NCBI GenBank assembly: GCA_964643065.1
Contig: CAZXPD010000007.1
Coordinates: forward strand, 136-64,135
Direction: 5' to 3'
Length of the DNA stretch: 64,000 nt
DNA from: an uncultured Gammaproteobacteria bacterium
GTDB taxonomy: Bacteria > Cyanobacteriota > Vampirovibrionia > Gastranaerophilales > CAZEDP01
In this document: one piece after another, positions 1 to 10,753 of the stretch
Position numbering within the stretch: position 1 is the stretch's first letter
How the letters are laid out: each line of letters starts with the position of its first letter
Notes under the pieces: model-generated
What the model was told of the DNA's origin: nothing
Seen by the model: the letters and a program-made list of their open reading frames with translations, nothing else
Database searches by the model: none
Program-made: the position numbers and the translations under genes

Positions 1-429
1 GAAATCTGAATTTACTAATCGTATTTATTTTGTCTTATGTCAAAATATGAAGATTTTCTCAAATCATTTTCACATTAATTCCTTCCAACCATTTATTCCT
101 TTCTCTACTCCTTTCTTCTGAATCATAAGCCATGTTTACACAACTTTTATCAATCAATATTGGTTGAACTGCAAATCATGAATCGTTATTTTTTTCGTTT
201 CACTCAGCAATTTCTCGCTATGTAATAAGAATTACTTAGATAATATATAACTATTAAATAACCTTATATCTATTGTCAAGTAAAAATTGTTTAGTTTTAA
301 TTAAACAGTATTATGAAAATACACCTTGGATTATTGATGCTAAATTGAATAAATATTTCTCCATAATCAATGTTCCAATTGACAATCAATACATTTACAT
401 TTAAATAATAAATGCAAAAGGTTGTTGAA

Positions 430-588
430 ATGCTCGATATTAATATTCAAAAACTTAAAACAGAGCAACAAATCAGAGACAGAATTGAATATCTCAGAAA
501 ACATCCGATGCTGAAAAATCCGGAAACAGCAGGAACGGTAAACGGCATGATACAGGCACTTAAATGGGTTCTTGGCGAAGAGACATAA
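430..588 (+). CDS. Small hypothetical protein (52 aa, MLDINIQKLKTEQQIRDRIEYLRKHPMLKNPETAGTVNGMIQALKWVLGEET), below the ORF-track cutoff
   Basis: Hand-translated ATG..TAA ORF. It ends 18 nt before the next ORF, whose GAGGT ribosome-binding site lies in the spacer. A weak AAAGG sits upstream of its own ATG. Confidence 0.3.
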   Translation: MLDINIQKLKTEQQIRDRIEYLRKHPMLKNPETAGTVNGMIQALKWVLGEET

Positions 589-606
589 TAAATCGAGGTT
601 AAATAC

Positions 607-879
607 ATGAAATATCTTTTGACAATGATGCTGGGTATTATAATATGCTTTTCTGCTTTAAATCCCGCATATGCCGAGAACAATTTGTCCCTTAAATCCG
701 ATGAAATTCAGTCATCAGCCAAACAAAAATCTTCTGACAGATTATATATGCTTGAGCAGGAAGTCAAAGAACTTCGAAATAAGGTTAATCAGATTGAAAA
801 ACAGTTAATGAATAAAGCAAATGTAACACACAGCCATACTTGCAGTTATTCCGGCGGAAGTACGGTATATTGCTACTAG
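607..879 (+). CDS. Small secreted coiled-coil protein with a Sec signal peptide (..FSALNPAYA|EN) and a two-Cys C-terminal tail (CSYSGGSTVYCY)
   Basis: 90-aa ORF with a GAGGT ribosome-binding site 8 nt upstream. It has a hydrophobic N-terminus with an AxA cleavage site and is followed by a hairpin terminator. Confidence 0.55.
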   Translation: MKYLLTMMLGIIICFSALNPAYAENNLSLKSDEIQSSAKQKSSDRLYMLEQEVKELRNKVNQIEKQLMNKANVTHSHTCSYSGGSTVYCY

Positions 880-890
880 AAACCAAAAAG

Positions 891-930
891 AAACTACCTT
901 TCCGGAGGAACCTGGTCAGGTAGTTTTTAG
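891..930 (+). terminator. Rho-independent terminator after the small secreted protein gene
   Basis: AAACTACCT (891-899) pairs with AGGTAGTTT (918-926) and is followed by a T run. Confidence 0.55.
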
Positions 931-1141
931 TAAGTATATATTGATTTATCGTTCCATACGGCTAAATCAAATATATAGCCGAACCCTAACAGTTTTTAAC
1001 AAGATACTGTTAACTTGATTTATTCGTGAATACTCAAATAAGTTCAATTCATATTACATAATGAATATAAATTAATTTTGTTTCGATTTTTTTTATTAAT
1101 TGTAACAATTTCAAAACATTGGATATAAATTCTTTTTATAG

Positions 1142-3445
1142 CTATACAGAGGGCAGATGAATTGAAAATACAGAGCCATGATTTAGCTTGCTGTTCACGG
1201 ATACATAACCTTTATGAGCCTCAGCAACCAATTTAACGATAGATAACCCAAGACCTGCGCCTCCCGTCTGTCTGTTTCTGGATTTATCTATTCTGTAAAA
1301 TCTCTCGAATATATAATCGAGCTGGCATTGTTCGATGCCGTAGCCCCAATCTCTGACCTGTAATATAATTTCTCCGTCTTTTTCACAACCGGATAATAAA
1401 ACTTTTGAATTTATATCGGAGTACTTTACAGCATTTGATATTAAATTCACGACCGCTTGCTGCAAAAGCAAAAAGTTTGCTTTAATTTCAATATAATCAC
1501 AGCACTCAATTATGAGATGACTTTTTTTGGATTTAATTTCATTTTCTGAAATTTCTGCCGCTCCGTCTAATATATCAATCAGCTTGCATTCTTCTAATGC
1601 TATCTTCCCTTTTCTGGAATTTACTTCAATTTTAGAAATAAAAAGTAAATTTTGTATGATACAGTTTATTCTCGCAACATTTTCATTAATAATTTTGAGA
1701 TACTTAACAGCTTCTGAAGGATTGTATGATTTATCAAGAAGCAGTTCGGAATATCCGCTGATTGTGGTCAAAGGCGTTCTGATTTCGTGCGAAACGTTTG
1801 CCAAAAACTGTGCCTGATTATATAAACTGGCTTCTTTAATGAGCAGTGTCAGATGCTGAGAGATGTTTTCCAACAAATTTATTTCGTTTTCAGTCCACTT
1901 TTTAAATCGCGTGTAAGTTGAGAGAGAAAGGCATCCCCATTTGTTGTCACCGTATTTAAGGGAAATAATTATTAACGATTTAAGGTTGATTTTTAGATAA
2001 TAAGATCTGACTGACTCTGAATCTGTGTATTCGAAAATATTATCAATAACAATAGCATCACTTGACTGTTTGAATTTATCTGTCCAGTGTTTATAGAGCA
2101 TTTCTCTCGTTTTAATATCGGTTTCATTTATGCCGGTAAAATTATTATCGACTTTATATTCTGCAAGATTTGAATGTGTTTCAAAATTATTCTCGAAATT
2201 CTGTACAAATACTCTTTCAACGTCAAAAAAATGTGCAATATCTTTGCATATTGAATTTAGGATATTTTTACCGTCAGAGCAATTTTTAATTTTACCTATT
2301 ATTTTTCTTAATAATTCTTCATTCTCTGCTTTCTGTTTTTCTTTTTGGTAGAGATGAGCCTGATAAAGGGCTATACCGGTTTGATTGGCAAGTACTTTGA
2401 TAAAATCCAATTCTTCGCAAGACAAGAATATTTTTTCTTTAACATAGTTTAGGATTAGCAATCCCATCAATTGTCCCGAATAAAAAATGGGAAGCCTAAT
2501 TCCGCTTTTAAGTTTAGCTTTTTTAAAATATTCGTTTGCTTCCTTGTCATTACTGCTTATTGATGCAGGAATATCCATATTGATAAAATCGCAGTTATTT
2601 TTGTGGTAATGATTCAAATAATCCGTCCATCCTGATTCATTACAAATATCAACTATGCTGTGAATATCCTCAGTTGAGATGTACTCACAATTATTTTCAA
2701 CAGGCAAAAACTTGTCATTCTCAATATCGTAAATTCTCAAAATACAACGGTCAGCACCCAGTGCTTTACCAATTTCACAGACAATATTTGATTTAATTTC
2801 TTCAATATTAAGTGAGCTTCTTATAATATCTGTTATACGGCGCAATAATTGTTCTCTTTCTGCTTGTTTCTTAACGGTAGAGTATAGCTCAGCCTGTTTT
2901 GCCGCAATATTTAACTGGTTTGATATGGATATAACCAGAGATATTTCTTCCTCTGTCCATTTCCTGAAATACTCGTACTCTGACAGAAAAATACCGCCCC
3001 ATATTTCAGCCCCTATGCGCAAAGGCATGCAAAAAAACGACTTAACTCCGATTAACCTGTAGGAATTCTTCACATATTCAGGCAGTGAGGAGTTCGGAAG
3101 GTTTTCGATTAGTACAGGTTCATTTCTTTTAAGAAGTATTTCTGTCCAGTATTCATTTATAGCTCGCTTATCAGGCAGAGAATCCGCTCCTTTGTACAAG
3201 TCACTTACTATATGTTCAATGTAAATAAACGACTTGGAACACATAATTGCATCAAATTTCCATATAGAAGTTCTCTGAACATTTAAAAGAATGGAAACTT
3301 CCTTGCAAATAATTTTTAAAATCTCATCAATATCAAGAGAATTTCTTATGCTGTCGGAAATTAAAGCTAGAATCTTCTCTTTTTCCTCATACATCGATTT
3401 AGAAGCTGCAATACTATTCATTTTGATCCTTAAATCTGTATCCAA
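1142..3445 (-). CDS. Cytoplasmic multi-GAF sensor histidine kinase
   Basis: 767-aa ORF with repeated GAF-like sensory modules. It has the H-box FLANVSHEIRTPL and HATPase motifs (RDWGYGI, GGAGLGLSIV), and no TM segments. The track start at 3445 is TTG. The ATG at 3421 overlapping the regulator stop (ATGAATAG) is the more likely start. Confidence 0.9.
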   Translation of the reverse strand: MDTDLRIKMNSIAASKSMYEEKEKILALISDSIRNSLDIDEILKIICKEVSILLNVQRTSIWKFDAIMCSKSFIYIEHIVSDLYKGADSLPDKRAINEYWTEILLKRNEPVLIENLPNSSLPEYVKNSYRLIGVKSFFCMPLRIGAEIWGGIFLSEYEYFRKWTEEEISLVISISNQLNIAAKQAELYSTVKKQAEREQLLRRITDIIRSSLNIEEIKSNIVCEIGKALGADRCILRIYDIENDKFLPVENNCEYISTEDIHSIVDICNESGWTDYLNHYHKNNCDFINMDIPASISSNDKEANEYFKKAKLKSGIRLPIFYSGQLMGLLILNYVKEKIFLSCEELDFIKVLANQTGIALYQAHLYQKEKQKAENEELLRKIIGKIKNCSDGKNILNSICKDIAHFFDVERVFVQNFENNFETHSNLAEYKVDNNFTGINETDIKTREMLYKHWTDKFKQSSDAIVIDNIFEYTDSESVRSYYLKINLKSLIIISLKYGDNKWGCLSLSTYTRFKKWTENEINLLENISQHLTLLIKEASLYNQAQFLANVSHEIRTPLTTISGYSELLLDKSYNPSEAVKYLKIINENVARINCIIQNLLFISKIEVNSRKGKIALEECKLIDILDGAAEISENEIKSKKSHLIIECCDYIEIKANFLLLQQAVVNLISNAVKYSDINSKVLLSGCEKDGEIILQVRDWGYGIEQCQLDYIFERFYRIDKSRNRQTGGAGLGLSIVKLVAEAHKGYVSVNSKLNHGSVFSIHLPSV

Positions 3446-4106
3446 TTCCCCATAAGGTTTCCAAGTACTTGTTGTAAGGTTTAATTTTTTTGCGGATTCT
3501 TACTATCAATATATCAATTGACCTGTCAATGCAGTCGTAAGTATCTCCTTTCGTGGCATCAATAATCTGATCGCGTGTGAAGACCTTACCGGGATTACTC
3601 GCTAACAAATAGAGCGTTTGAAATTCAGTGTTAGTTAATGAAATGGATTTACCTTTAGCCGTTACGGAAAATTTTTCGGGATCGATTTCCAGTTCCCGAT
3701 ACTTTATGATTTCTTTAGTTTCAGATATATCTCTTTTCCTTCTTAATACGGCTTTTACTCTCGCCGTGAGAATTTTAAGACTGAACGGTTTGGTGATATA
3801 ATCGTCTGCGCCAAGTGTCAATCCCGCAATTATATCGGATTCATCATCCTTCGCCGTAATTATAATAATCGGTATGTTTTGAGTTTGGGGATTGTTTTTC
3901 AAAATTCGGCAAATATCAAGACCATCCATGTCTGGAAGCATTAAGTCCAATAAAATTAGATTAGGAAGTTTATTTTTGATTTCAGTCAATGCTTGATTAC
4001 CCGATGAAACACACGACACCTGATAGCCCTCTCTCAAAAGAGATACATTAATCATTTCAGATATATTTGTTTCATCTTCAATTATTAAAATATATTGCTT
4101 AGCCAT
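3414..4106 (-). CDS. OmpR/PhoB-family response regulator
   Basis: It has an N-terminal receiver (ILLDLMLPDMDG, KPF) and a C-terminal winged-helix domain (TEFQTLYLLASNPGKVFTRDQI..WGIGYRF). It is translationally coupled to the kinase. Confidence 0.92.
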   Translation of the reverse strand: MAKQYILIIEDETNISEMINVSLLREGYQVSCVSSGNQALTEIKNKLPNLILLDLMLPDMDGLDICRILKNNPQTQNIPIIIITAKDDESDIIAGLTLGADDYITKPFSLKILTARVKAVLRRKRDISETKEIIKYRELEIDPEKFSVTAKGKSISLTNTEFQTLYLLASNPGKVFTRDQIIDATKGDTYDCIDRSIDILIVRIRKKIKPYNKYLETLWGIGYRFKDQNE

Positions 4107-4305
4107 GAATACCAGCCAAAATCACTAAATTATGTAATTTAAAATGTAGACACAATAAGATGATATATCTTTAAGATAACATAAATATAGTTTGGTTAAT
4201 TTAAAAATAAAGTATTTCCATTTTTATAATCAATGCCTAACAGACTGATAATAAAATCCCGACAATGTTTTATATTGATATAGTCAGATTTTAAGGAATA
4301 TTATT

Positions 4306-4818
4306 ATGGGAAAAAGTGGTGTTGAAATTTTAGATTTGGACGTTAAGAAACTGACGGCTATGTTAAATGCGGCATTATCTGAAGAATGGCTTGCATATTA
4401 TCAATACTGGATTGGCGCAAGATTAATGGAAGGTCCAATGAGAGCTGAAATTGAACCCGAGCTTCTGGTTCATGCCGCACAGGAGTACAATCATGCAAAT
4501 ATGGTGGTTGACAGAATTATTCAGCTTAACGGTACACCCGTACTGTCCCCGTATGAGTGGGTTAAATTGGCAGAATGCAAATACGAAGCCCCTGTTGACA
4601 GATATGTGGAAATTATCCTTAAGCAAAATCTTAACGGGGAACGATGCGCAATACAAAGATACAAACAAATAGCAGACTTTACAAACAGTATAGACCATGC
4701 AACTCATCAAATAGTCACAACAATTCTCGCTGAAGAACTGGAGCATGAGCAGGATATTGAAGACTGGCTGACTGATATAGAAAGACTCAAAGAAGATATC
4801 AAAAGAATAAGAACATAA
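4306..4818 (+). CDS. Ferritin-like di-iron protein (Dps-like/bacterioferritin-like)
   Basis: 170 aa with four-helix-bundle ligand motifs (EEWLAYYQYW, EYNHANMV, ERCAIQRY, EELEHEQD). Confidence 0.8.
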   Translation: MGKSGVEILDLDVKKLTAMLNAALSEEWLAYYQYWIGARLMEGPMRAEIEPELLVHAAQEYNHANMVVDRIIQLNGTPVLSPYEWVKLAECKYEAPVDRYVEIILKQNLNGERCAIQRYKQIADFTNSIDHATHQIVTTILAEELEHEQDIEDWLTDIERLKEDIKRIRT

Positions 4819-4870
4819 TTTAAATTGCCCACAAATGCCACAGTAAATAAAATATGTATGTACATATAAA

Positions 4871-7495
4871 GTGCCAAATTTAATGACGCAAGATTCTGCA
4901 CTTGAACATAATTATAATCGTGAATTCCTGAATAAAATTGCATTCGGGAATGCGAATGATGCGTTTATACTTTTAGAATCAAATGAAAACGGACTTTCTG
5001 AAGAAGACGTTATTAAAAAACAAAAACAATTCGGATTAAACGTAATTTCAAACAGCAAAGAAAAGCATCCGGTAATAATATTTTTTATGCTGTTTGTGAA
5101 TCCTCTGGCAATTCTTTTACTGTGTCTGGCTACAGTTTCTATTATTATGAATGACATCAGAACCGCAGTTATTCTGATATTTATGGTTTTACTAAGCGTT
5201 GTTTTAACGTTTATTCAGGAATACAGGTCAGGCAAAAGCGCCGATAAATTAAAAGCAATGATTCGAATATACTCAATTGTTAAGCGAAGAAAGACAAATG
5301 AGGATAAATACCCCGAAATTCAAAATGTACCTATTGCGGAATTAGTCCCCGGAGATATAGTTATATTATCTGCTGGGGATTTAATACCCGCAGATTTAAT
5401 GATATTAAATTCTAAGGATTTATTTATAAATCAGTCAACACTTACCGGAGAATCTCTTCCCGTTGAGAAAACATCCGATATTCAAAATACAGGCACCATC
5501 AGCCCCTTTGATTATGAAAATATTTGTTTTATGGGGAGCACAGTAGTAAGCGGCAGCGCAGTCGGACTTGTAATAGTCACGGGGCAAAAAACTTTTTTCG
5601 GTCAAATTGGAGAAATAATAGCAAAGCATCAAAAAATAACAAATTTTGACGAAGGAATTAAAAAATTCACTTGGCTTATGATTAAATTTATACTTGTTAT
5701 GGTTCCGCTTGTATTTTTAATCAACGGGTTCGGCAAAGGAGACTGGATTGAAGCCTTTTTATTTGCTGTTGCCGTCGGAGTCGGATTAACGCCGGAAATG
5801 CTTCCTGCTATCGTAACAATTAATCTTTCTCAAGGCGCTATTACAATGTCGAAAGAGAAGGTTATTGTCAAAAGATTAAATTCTATTCAAAATTTTGGAG
5901 CAATAGATGTATTATGCGCAGATAAAACCGGGACTATCACTCAAGATAAAATAATTTTAGAAAAACATGTGGATTTATTCGGAAATGAAAGTCAGAAGGT
6001 TTTCTCATACGCTTATCTTAACAGTTATTATCAGACAGGATTAAAGAACCTTCTTGACAGAGAAGTTTTAAAACATTCAGAAACTCATTACCCGTCGGCA
6101 ATTCAAAATAAATTCAAAAAAATTGACGAAATCCCTTTTGATTTTGTCCGAAGAAGAATGTCCGTTATACTTCAATCAGAAGACAATAAAAATATTCTCA
6201 TATGTAAAGGCGCCGTTAAAGAAATTTTTGACGTCTGCGTTAAAGCAGAAACAAAAACAGAAAAGTTTAACCTTGATAAAAACCATTTGGAAACTTTAAA
6301 CAAAGTTGTAGAAGAGTTGAACTCCGACGGGTTTAGAGTAATAGCAGTAGCTTACAAAGAGTTCACCGATAGTAAGAATTCCTACACCAAAGATGATGAA
6401 TCTGACTTAACGATGCTGGGTTATATAGCATTTCTGGATCCTCCCAAAGAAACCGCAGCCAAAGCAATGAATGATTTATCCAAACTCGGTATAAAGGTAA
6501 AAATACTGAGCGGGGATAATGACACGGTTACTAAAAAAATCTGTCGAGAAGTAAATTTACAGTTTGACAAGGTATATACCGGAGCGGATTTGGAAAATAT
6601 GACAAATGACCGCTTTTCAGCATCAGTAGAGGAAGGTTCTGTTTTTGCAAAATTGACACCCGAACAAAAAGCTAAGATTATAACCGCCCTTCGGCAAAAC
6701 GGTCACGTTGTAGGTTTTTTAGGCGACGGCATTAATGACTCGGCTGCATTAAAAGCATCCGACGTCGGGATTTCTGTTGATACAGCTGCAGATATAGCAA
6801 AAGATACGGCGGATATTATTTTGCTCGAGAAAGACCTTATGGTCTTGAGTAAAGGTGTGATGAGAGGAAGGCAGGTTTTCGGAAACATAATCAAATACAT
6901 AAAAATGGGAGCAAGCTCTAATTTCGGTAATATGCTCAGTATCATCGGCTCATCATTATTTTTACCATTTTTGCCGATGCTGCCAATTCAAATCATAGCT
7001 AACAACATGCTTTATGATATTTCACAGACAACTATTCCGACTGATAATGTTGATGAGGATTATCTTAAGCAGCCCCGAAAATGGGATATAAGTAACATTA
7101 CAAAGTTTATGTTTTTCATGGGACCTGTCAGTTCACTTTTTGACTATGCAACTTTTTTCAGTTTGCTTTATTTTTTAAATTGCTTCAACAACCCTGCATT
7201 GTTCCAAACAGGATGGTTTGTCGAATCTGCCGTATCTCAGATATTAATCATACACGTAATCAGAACTGCAAAAATCCCGTTTATTGAGAGCAGAGCAAGT
7301 ACTCCATTAATAATAAGTTCTGTATTAATTGTATTGTTTGCAATATGGCTGCCGTATTCACCTTTTGCCGATAGTTTGGGTTTCGTTAAGATACCGGTTG
7401 AATATTGGACAATACTGTCTATAATTTTGCCCTGTTATATTATTTCAACAACAGCGGTAAAAAACCTTATCGGCAAGAAATACAATATAATCTGA
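4871..7495 (+). CDS. mgtA: Magnesium-translocating P-type ATPase
   Basis: 874 aa with the DKTGTITQ phosphorylation motif, TGES, GDGINDS and MgtA-type N- and C-terminal TM topology. The ATG at 4883 is an alternative to the GTG at 4871. Confidence 0.9.
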   Translation: MPNLMTQDSALEHNYNREFLNKIAFGNANDAFILLESNENGLSEEDVIKKQKQFGLNVISNSKEKHPVIIFFMLFVNPLAILLLCLATVSIIMNDIRTAVILIFMVLLSVVLTFIQEYRSGKSADKLKAMIRIYSIVKRRKTNEDKYPEIQNVPIAELVPGDIVILSAGDLIPADLMILNSKDLFINQSTLTGESLPVEKTSDIQNTGTISPFDYENICFMGSTVVSGSAVGLVIVTGQKTFFGQIGEIIAKHQKITNFDEGIKKFTWLMIKFILVMVPLVFLINGFGKGDWIEAFLFAVAVGVGLTPEMLPAIVTINLSQGAITMSKEKVIVKRLNSIQNFGAIDVLCADKTGTITQDKIILEKHVDLFGNESQKVFSYAYLNSYYQTGLKNLLDREVLKHSETHYPSAIQNKFKKIDEIPFDFVRRRMSVILQSEDNKNILICKGAVKEIFDVCVKAETKTEKFNLDKNHLETLNKVVEELNSDGFRVIAVAYKEFTDSKNSYTKDDESDLTMLGYIAFLDPPKETAAKAMNDLSKLGIKVKILSGDNDTVTKKICREVNLQFDKVYTGADLENMTNDRFSASVEEGSVFAKLTPEQKAKIITALRQNGHVVGFLGDGINDSAALKASDVGISVDTAADIAKDTADIILLEKDLMVLSKGVMRGRQVFGNIIKYIKMGASSNFGNMLSIIGSSLFLPFLPMLPIQIIANNMLYDISQTTIPTDNVDEDYLKQPRKWDISNITKFMFFMGPVSSLFDYATFFSLLYFLNCFNNPALFQTGWFVESAVSQILIIHVIRTAKIPFIESRASTPLIISSVLIVLFAIWLPYSPFADSLGFVKIPVEYWTILSIILPCYIISTTAVKNLIGKKYNII

Positions 7496-7513
7496 CAGCT
7501 TGTTATTCATTTC

Positions 7514-8752
7514 TTACTTAGCATTATTAATTATCCTGAAAGAATTGAACATGCCGTTTTGTGCCTTTTTATGATTGGGATCCAGTGCTAAGCATTTTTT
7601 AAAATTATTTATGGCTGCTTCGTGGGCACCGTTTTGAGCCAACCTGTTTGCCAGATTATAGTAATACTCGGGGTCATCGTCATACTGATAAGGCGCACCG
7701 GTTTTTATTGTAGTAGTTACGTTCTGCCCTGTATTATTTTGAACATATGCTTCTTTTGCCAGTTCAACGGCAATTGTAAGTGACAGCCTTGCATTATGAT
7801 GGTCAGGTTGAAGAAACAAGACTTTTTCAAACTGCTTAATTGCATCCTCATACTTACCTTGTTCGGCAAAAAATAATCCCGTAGAATAGTATTTTTCGGG
7901 GTCCTCATTTCTGCTGCTGTTTATTTGAGTAATGATGAAATACAATGAGCTTCTTTCAGCATTATGGTTAGGATTGATTTCAAGACACTTTTTAAAATCT
8001 GCTAATGCAGCCTCATAGTCACGATTTAATTTGTGTTTTACTCCCGAATTGAAATACACCTCTGCATCTTCAGTTTTCTTTTCTGATTGAGGCTCCGGCG
8101 TTTCAGTTTTATTCTGTGCCGCTCTCATTAGCTCAATGGTGATTTCCCGAGCTAATCGAGCTTCGATGTTATCCGGATCCAACTCAAGGCATTTTCTGAA
8201 ATTATCTAACGCTTCTTCAAAATGGTTCTGCTCTGCAAGAAAAAGACCTATACTGTAATATTTTGCCGGATCATCAAGAGTTTTTTCGTTAATCGTTCCC
8301 ATAAGATGGGCTAACGAGTCTTTTATGTACTGATTTTCAGGAGCAAGTAAAAGAGCTTTGTTTATGCATTCGCAGGCGTGTTCCAAATCGCCCATTTCAC
8401 TGTAAACAACCCCAAGATTATAATAGCCGTTAAAATCTAAAGGCTTTATTCTTACAGAATTGTTAAAACAGTCTATTGCTTTGCTGTAATATTTTTTTTC
8501 AATGTAAATTAAACCGAGATTATAATGCGATTCGCTGTCGTTAGAATTAAACTGAAGAGCTTTTTGAAAACTTTGAACAGCTCTGTCCAAATCTCCCATT
8601 TTGTACTGGACAAGTCCGATATTGTAATAGACCTCATCTCTTTCCGGATTTTCTGCAACACATCTTTCAAAAGACTCGAGAGCAAGCTCATATCTACCCT
8701 CCTCAAAGTATTTTGAACCTGCATCATAAAAAATATTGTTTAAATTATCCAT
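7514..8752 (-). CDS. TPR-repeat protein
   Basis: 412 aa of repeated 34-residue TPR units (..YYNLGxxYxxxGxxxxAIxxFxKALxLxPN..). Confidence 0.85.
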   Translation of the reverse strand: MDNLNNIFYDAGSKYFEEGRYELALESFERCVAENPERDEVYYNIGLVQYKMGDLDRAVQSFQKALQFNSNDSESHYNLGLIYIEKKYYSKAIDCFNNSVRIKPLDFNGYYNLGVVYSEMGDLEHACECINKALLLAPENQYIKDSLAHLMGTINEKTLDDPAKYYSIGLFLAEQNHFEEALDNFRKCLELDPDNIEARLAREITIELMRAAQNKTETPEPQSEKKTEDAEVYFNSGVKHKLNRDYEAALADFKKCLEINPNHNAERSSLYFIITQINSSRNEDPEKYYSTGLFFAEQGKYEDAIKQFEKVLFLQPDHHNARLSLTIAVELAKEAYVQNNTGQNVTTTIKTGAPYQYDDDPEYYYNLANRLAQNGAHEAAINNFKKCLALDPNHKKAQNGMFNSFRIINNAK

Positions 8753-8898
8753 GCTCTATCCCGGTAAATTTACCTCAATAATTTGATACAAAATCAATTG
8801 ATACTTCTGCAAAAAAAATAACAAAAAAGGAAGCATAATATCATTTTTTTATTATAACAAATTATCTACAAAAGTTTAATATGATAAATATAGATATT

Positions 8899-10581
8899 TT
8901 AATTTTTCTTTGAAATTTTAGACCAAGAATCCCTTAAAGTAACAATTCTGTTAAATACAGGCTTGTCAGCAGAATAGTCAAAATCTTTGCAGAAATAACC
9001 CTGTCTTTCAAATTGATACCAACCGTCAAATTTGTCTTGCAAGATACTCGGTTCAATACAGCAGTCACGGAGAACGGCTAATGAGTTTGGATTTAAATCC
9101 TCTAAATAATTTTCAGGATTTTCTTCAGTTAATAGCCTGTCATATAGGCGGATTTCAGCATTAAGCGCATGTTCGCAGGCAACCCAATGAATCGTGCCTT
9201 TAACTTTTTTTCCGCTTGTGTCCGTACCGCTTTTCGATTGCGGGTCATAAGTACACCTTAATTCAACTATTTCACCTGCGTCATTTTTGATAATTGTTTC
9301 ACATTTAATAATATAAGCATGTCTGAGTCTGACTTCGCTGCCGGGTGAAAGCCTGTAATATCCTTTTGGCGGTTCTTCAAGAAAATCGTCTTTTTCAATA
9401 TAAATAGTTTTTGTGAAAGGAAGTTTCCTTGTACCTTCTTTGGGTACATCATGGGGATAATAAGAAGCATCAAGCCATTCGGTCTGACCTTCAGGATAAT
9501 TTTCAATGACGATTTTTAAAGGTTTTAATACGCACAGCACTCTTGGTACTTTTTGATTTAAATCATCTCTGATACAAAACTCAAGCTGTGCCATATCAAC
9601 AACGCTGTTTGCTTTTGCAATGCCTATACTGTCGCAGAAATTTCTGATTGCTTCAGGTGTGTATCCTCGGCGTCTCAATCCTGAAAGAGTCGGCAGTCTC
9701 GGATCATCCCAGCCGTTTACATAATTATTCTCAACCAATTCAAGCAGTTTTCTTTTGCTCATAACCGTATAATTTAAATTTAATCGTGCAAATTCGTACT
9801 GATACGGTCTTGGCAGCGGAAGTTCGAGCTCATCAAGAATCCAATCGTATAATTCTCTATTATTCTCAAATTCAAGAGTACATATTGAATGAGTAATTCC
9901 TTCAATATAGTCAGACAAACAGTGAGCAAAATCATACATAGGATAGATACACCAATTGTCGCCTGTTCTGTAATGGTGTGCATGTCTAATCCTGTATAAG
10001 AGGGGGTCTCTCATTTTCATATTAGGAGAAGACATATCAATTTTTGCTCTCAGGACATGCTCTCCGTCTTTAAACTCGCCTGCTTTCATTTTGCTGAAGA
10101 TTTCCAGATTTTCTTCGACAGTTCTGTTTCTGTAAGGACTTTCTTTGCCCGGCTGAGTAACCGTTCCCCTGTATTCTTTAATTTCTTGTTCGTTTAAACT
10201 GCAAACATATGCTTTCCCCATTTCAATAAGTTTTACAGCATAGTCATAAAGCTTTTCAAAGTAATCCGATGCAAAAAACATTTTATCGTTCCAGTCAAAG
10301 CCCAGCCATTTAACGTCATTTTTGATTGATTCAACATATTCCATACTTTCTTTTGTTGGATCGGTGTCATCAAAGCGCAAATGAGTAATCCCGCCTTCAT
10401 AATCAGCAGCAATTCCGAAATTCAGGCATATAGATTTAGCATGCCCGATATGCAGATAACCGTTTGGTTCAGGCGGGAATCTCGTTATAACTTTGCCGCC
10501 GTATTTCCCGGTTCTGATATCTTCATTTATGATATTTCTCAAAAAATCAGTTTTCTTACCCAAATCGTTGTTATCTGCCAT
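8899..10581 (-). CDS. glnS: Glutaminyl-tRNA synthetase
   Basis: 560 aa with class I signatures HIGHAKS and VMSKRKL and a GlnRS-type C-terminal anticodon-binding domain. Confidence 0.95.
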   Translation of the reverse strand: MADNNDLGKKTDFLRNIINEDIRTGKYGGKVITRFPPEPNGYLHIGHAKSICLNFGIAADYEGGITHLRFDDTDPTKESMEYVESIKNDVKWLGFDWNDKMFFASDYFEKLYDYAVKLIEMGKAYVCSLNEQEIKEYRGTVTQPGKESPYRNRTVEENLEIFSKMKAGEFKDGEHVLRAKIDMSSPNMKMRDPLLYRIRHAHHYRTGDNWCIYPMYDFAHCLSDYIEGITHSICTLEFENNRELYDWILDELELPLPRPYQYEFARLNLNYTVMSKRKLLELVENNYVNGWDDPRLPTLSGLRRRGYTPEAIRNFCDSIGIAKANSVVDMAQLEFCIRDDLNQKVPRVLCVLKPLKIVIENYPEGQTEWLDASYYPHDVPKEGTRKLPFTKTIYIEKDDFLEEPPKGYYRLSPGSEVRLRHAYIIKCETIIKNDAGEIVELRCTYDPQSKSGTDTSGKKVKGTIHWVACEHALNAEIRLYDRLLTEENPENYLEDLNPNSLAVLRDCCIEPSILQDKFDGWYQFERQGYFCKDFDYSADKPVFNRIVTLRDSWSKISKKN

Positions 10582-10753
10582 TTTTAATGCATGCTCCGTT
10601 TCTTCATATTATCAATATCAAAAGTTTAGCATAATATCTTTTGCTTGAGATAATACAAAAAAATGGCTCTTAACAGCAGATTGCAAAAAATATTATATGA
10701 CTTTCTAATGTAAAAAATAAATTTCTGATTTATCTTTCATTTAACAATTTATT

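Noticed and set aside
4819-4882. Mg2+ (M-box) riboswitch upstream of mgtA
   Set aside because: Only about 50-60 nt separate the ferritin-like gene from mgtA. That is far too short for an M-box aptamer, and no matching structure is visible.
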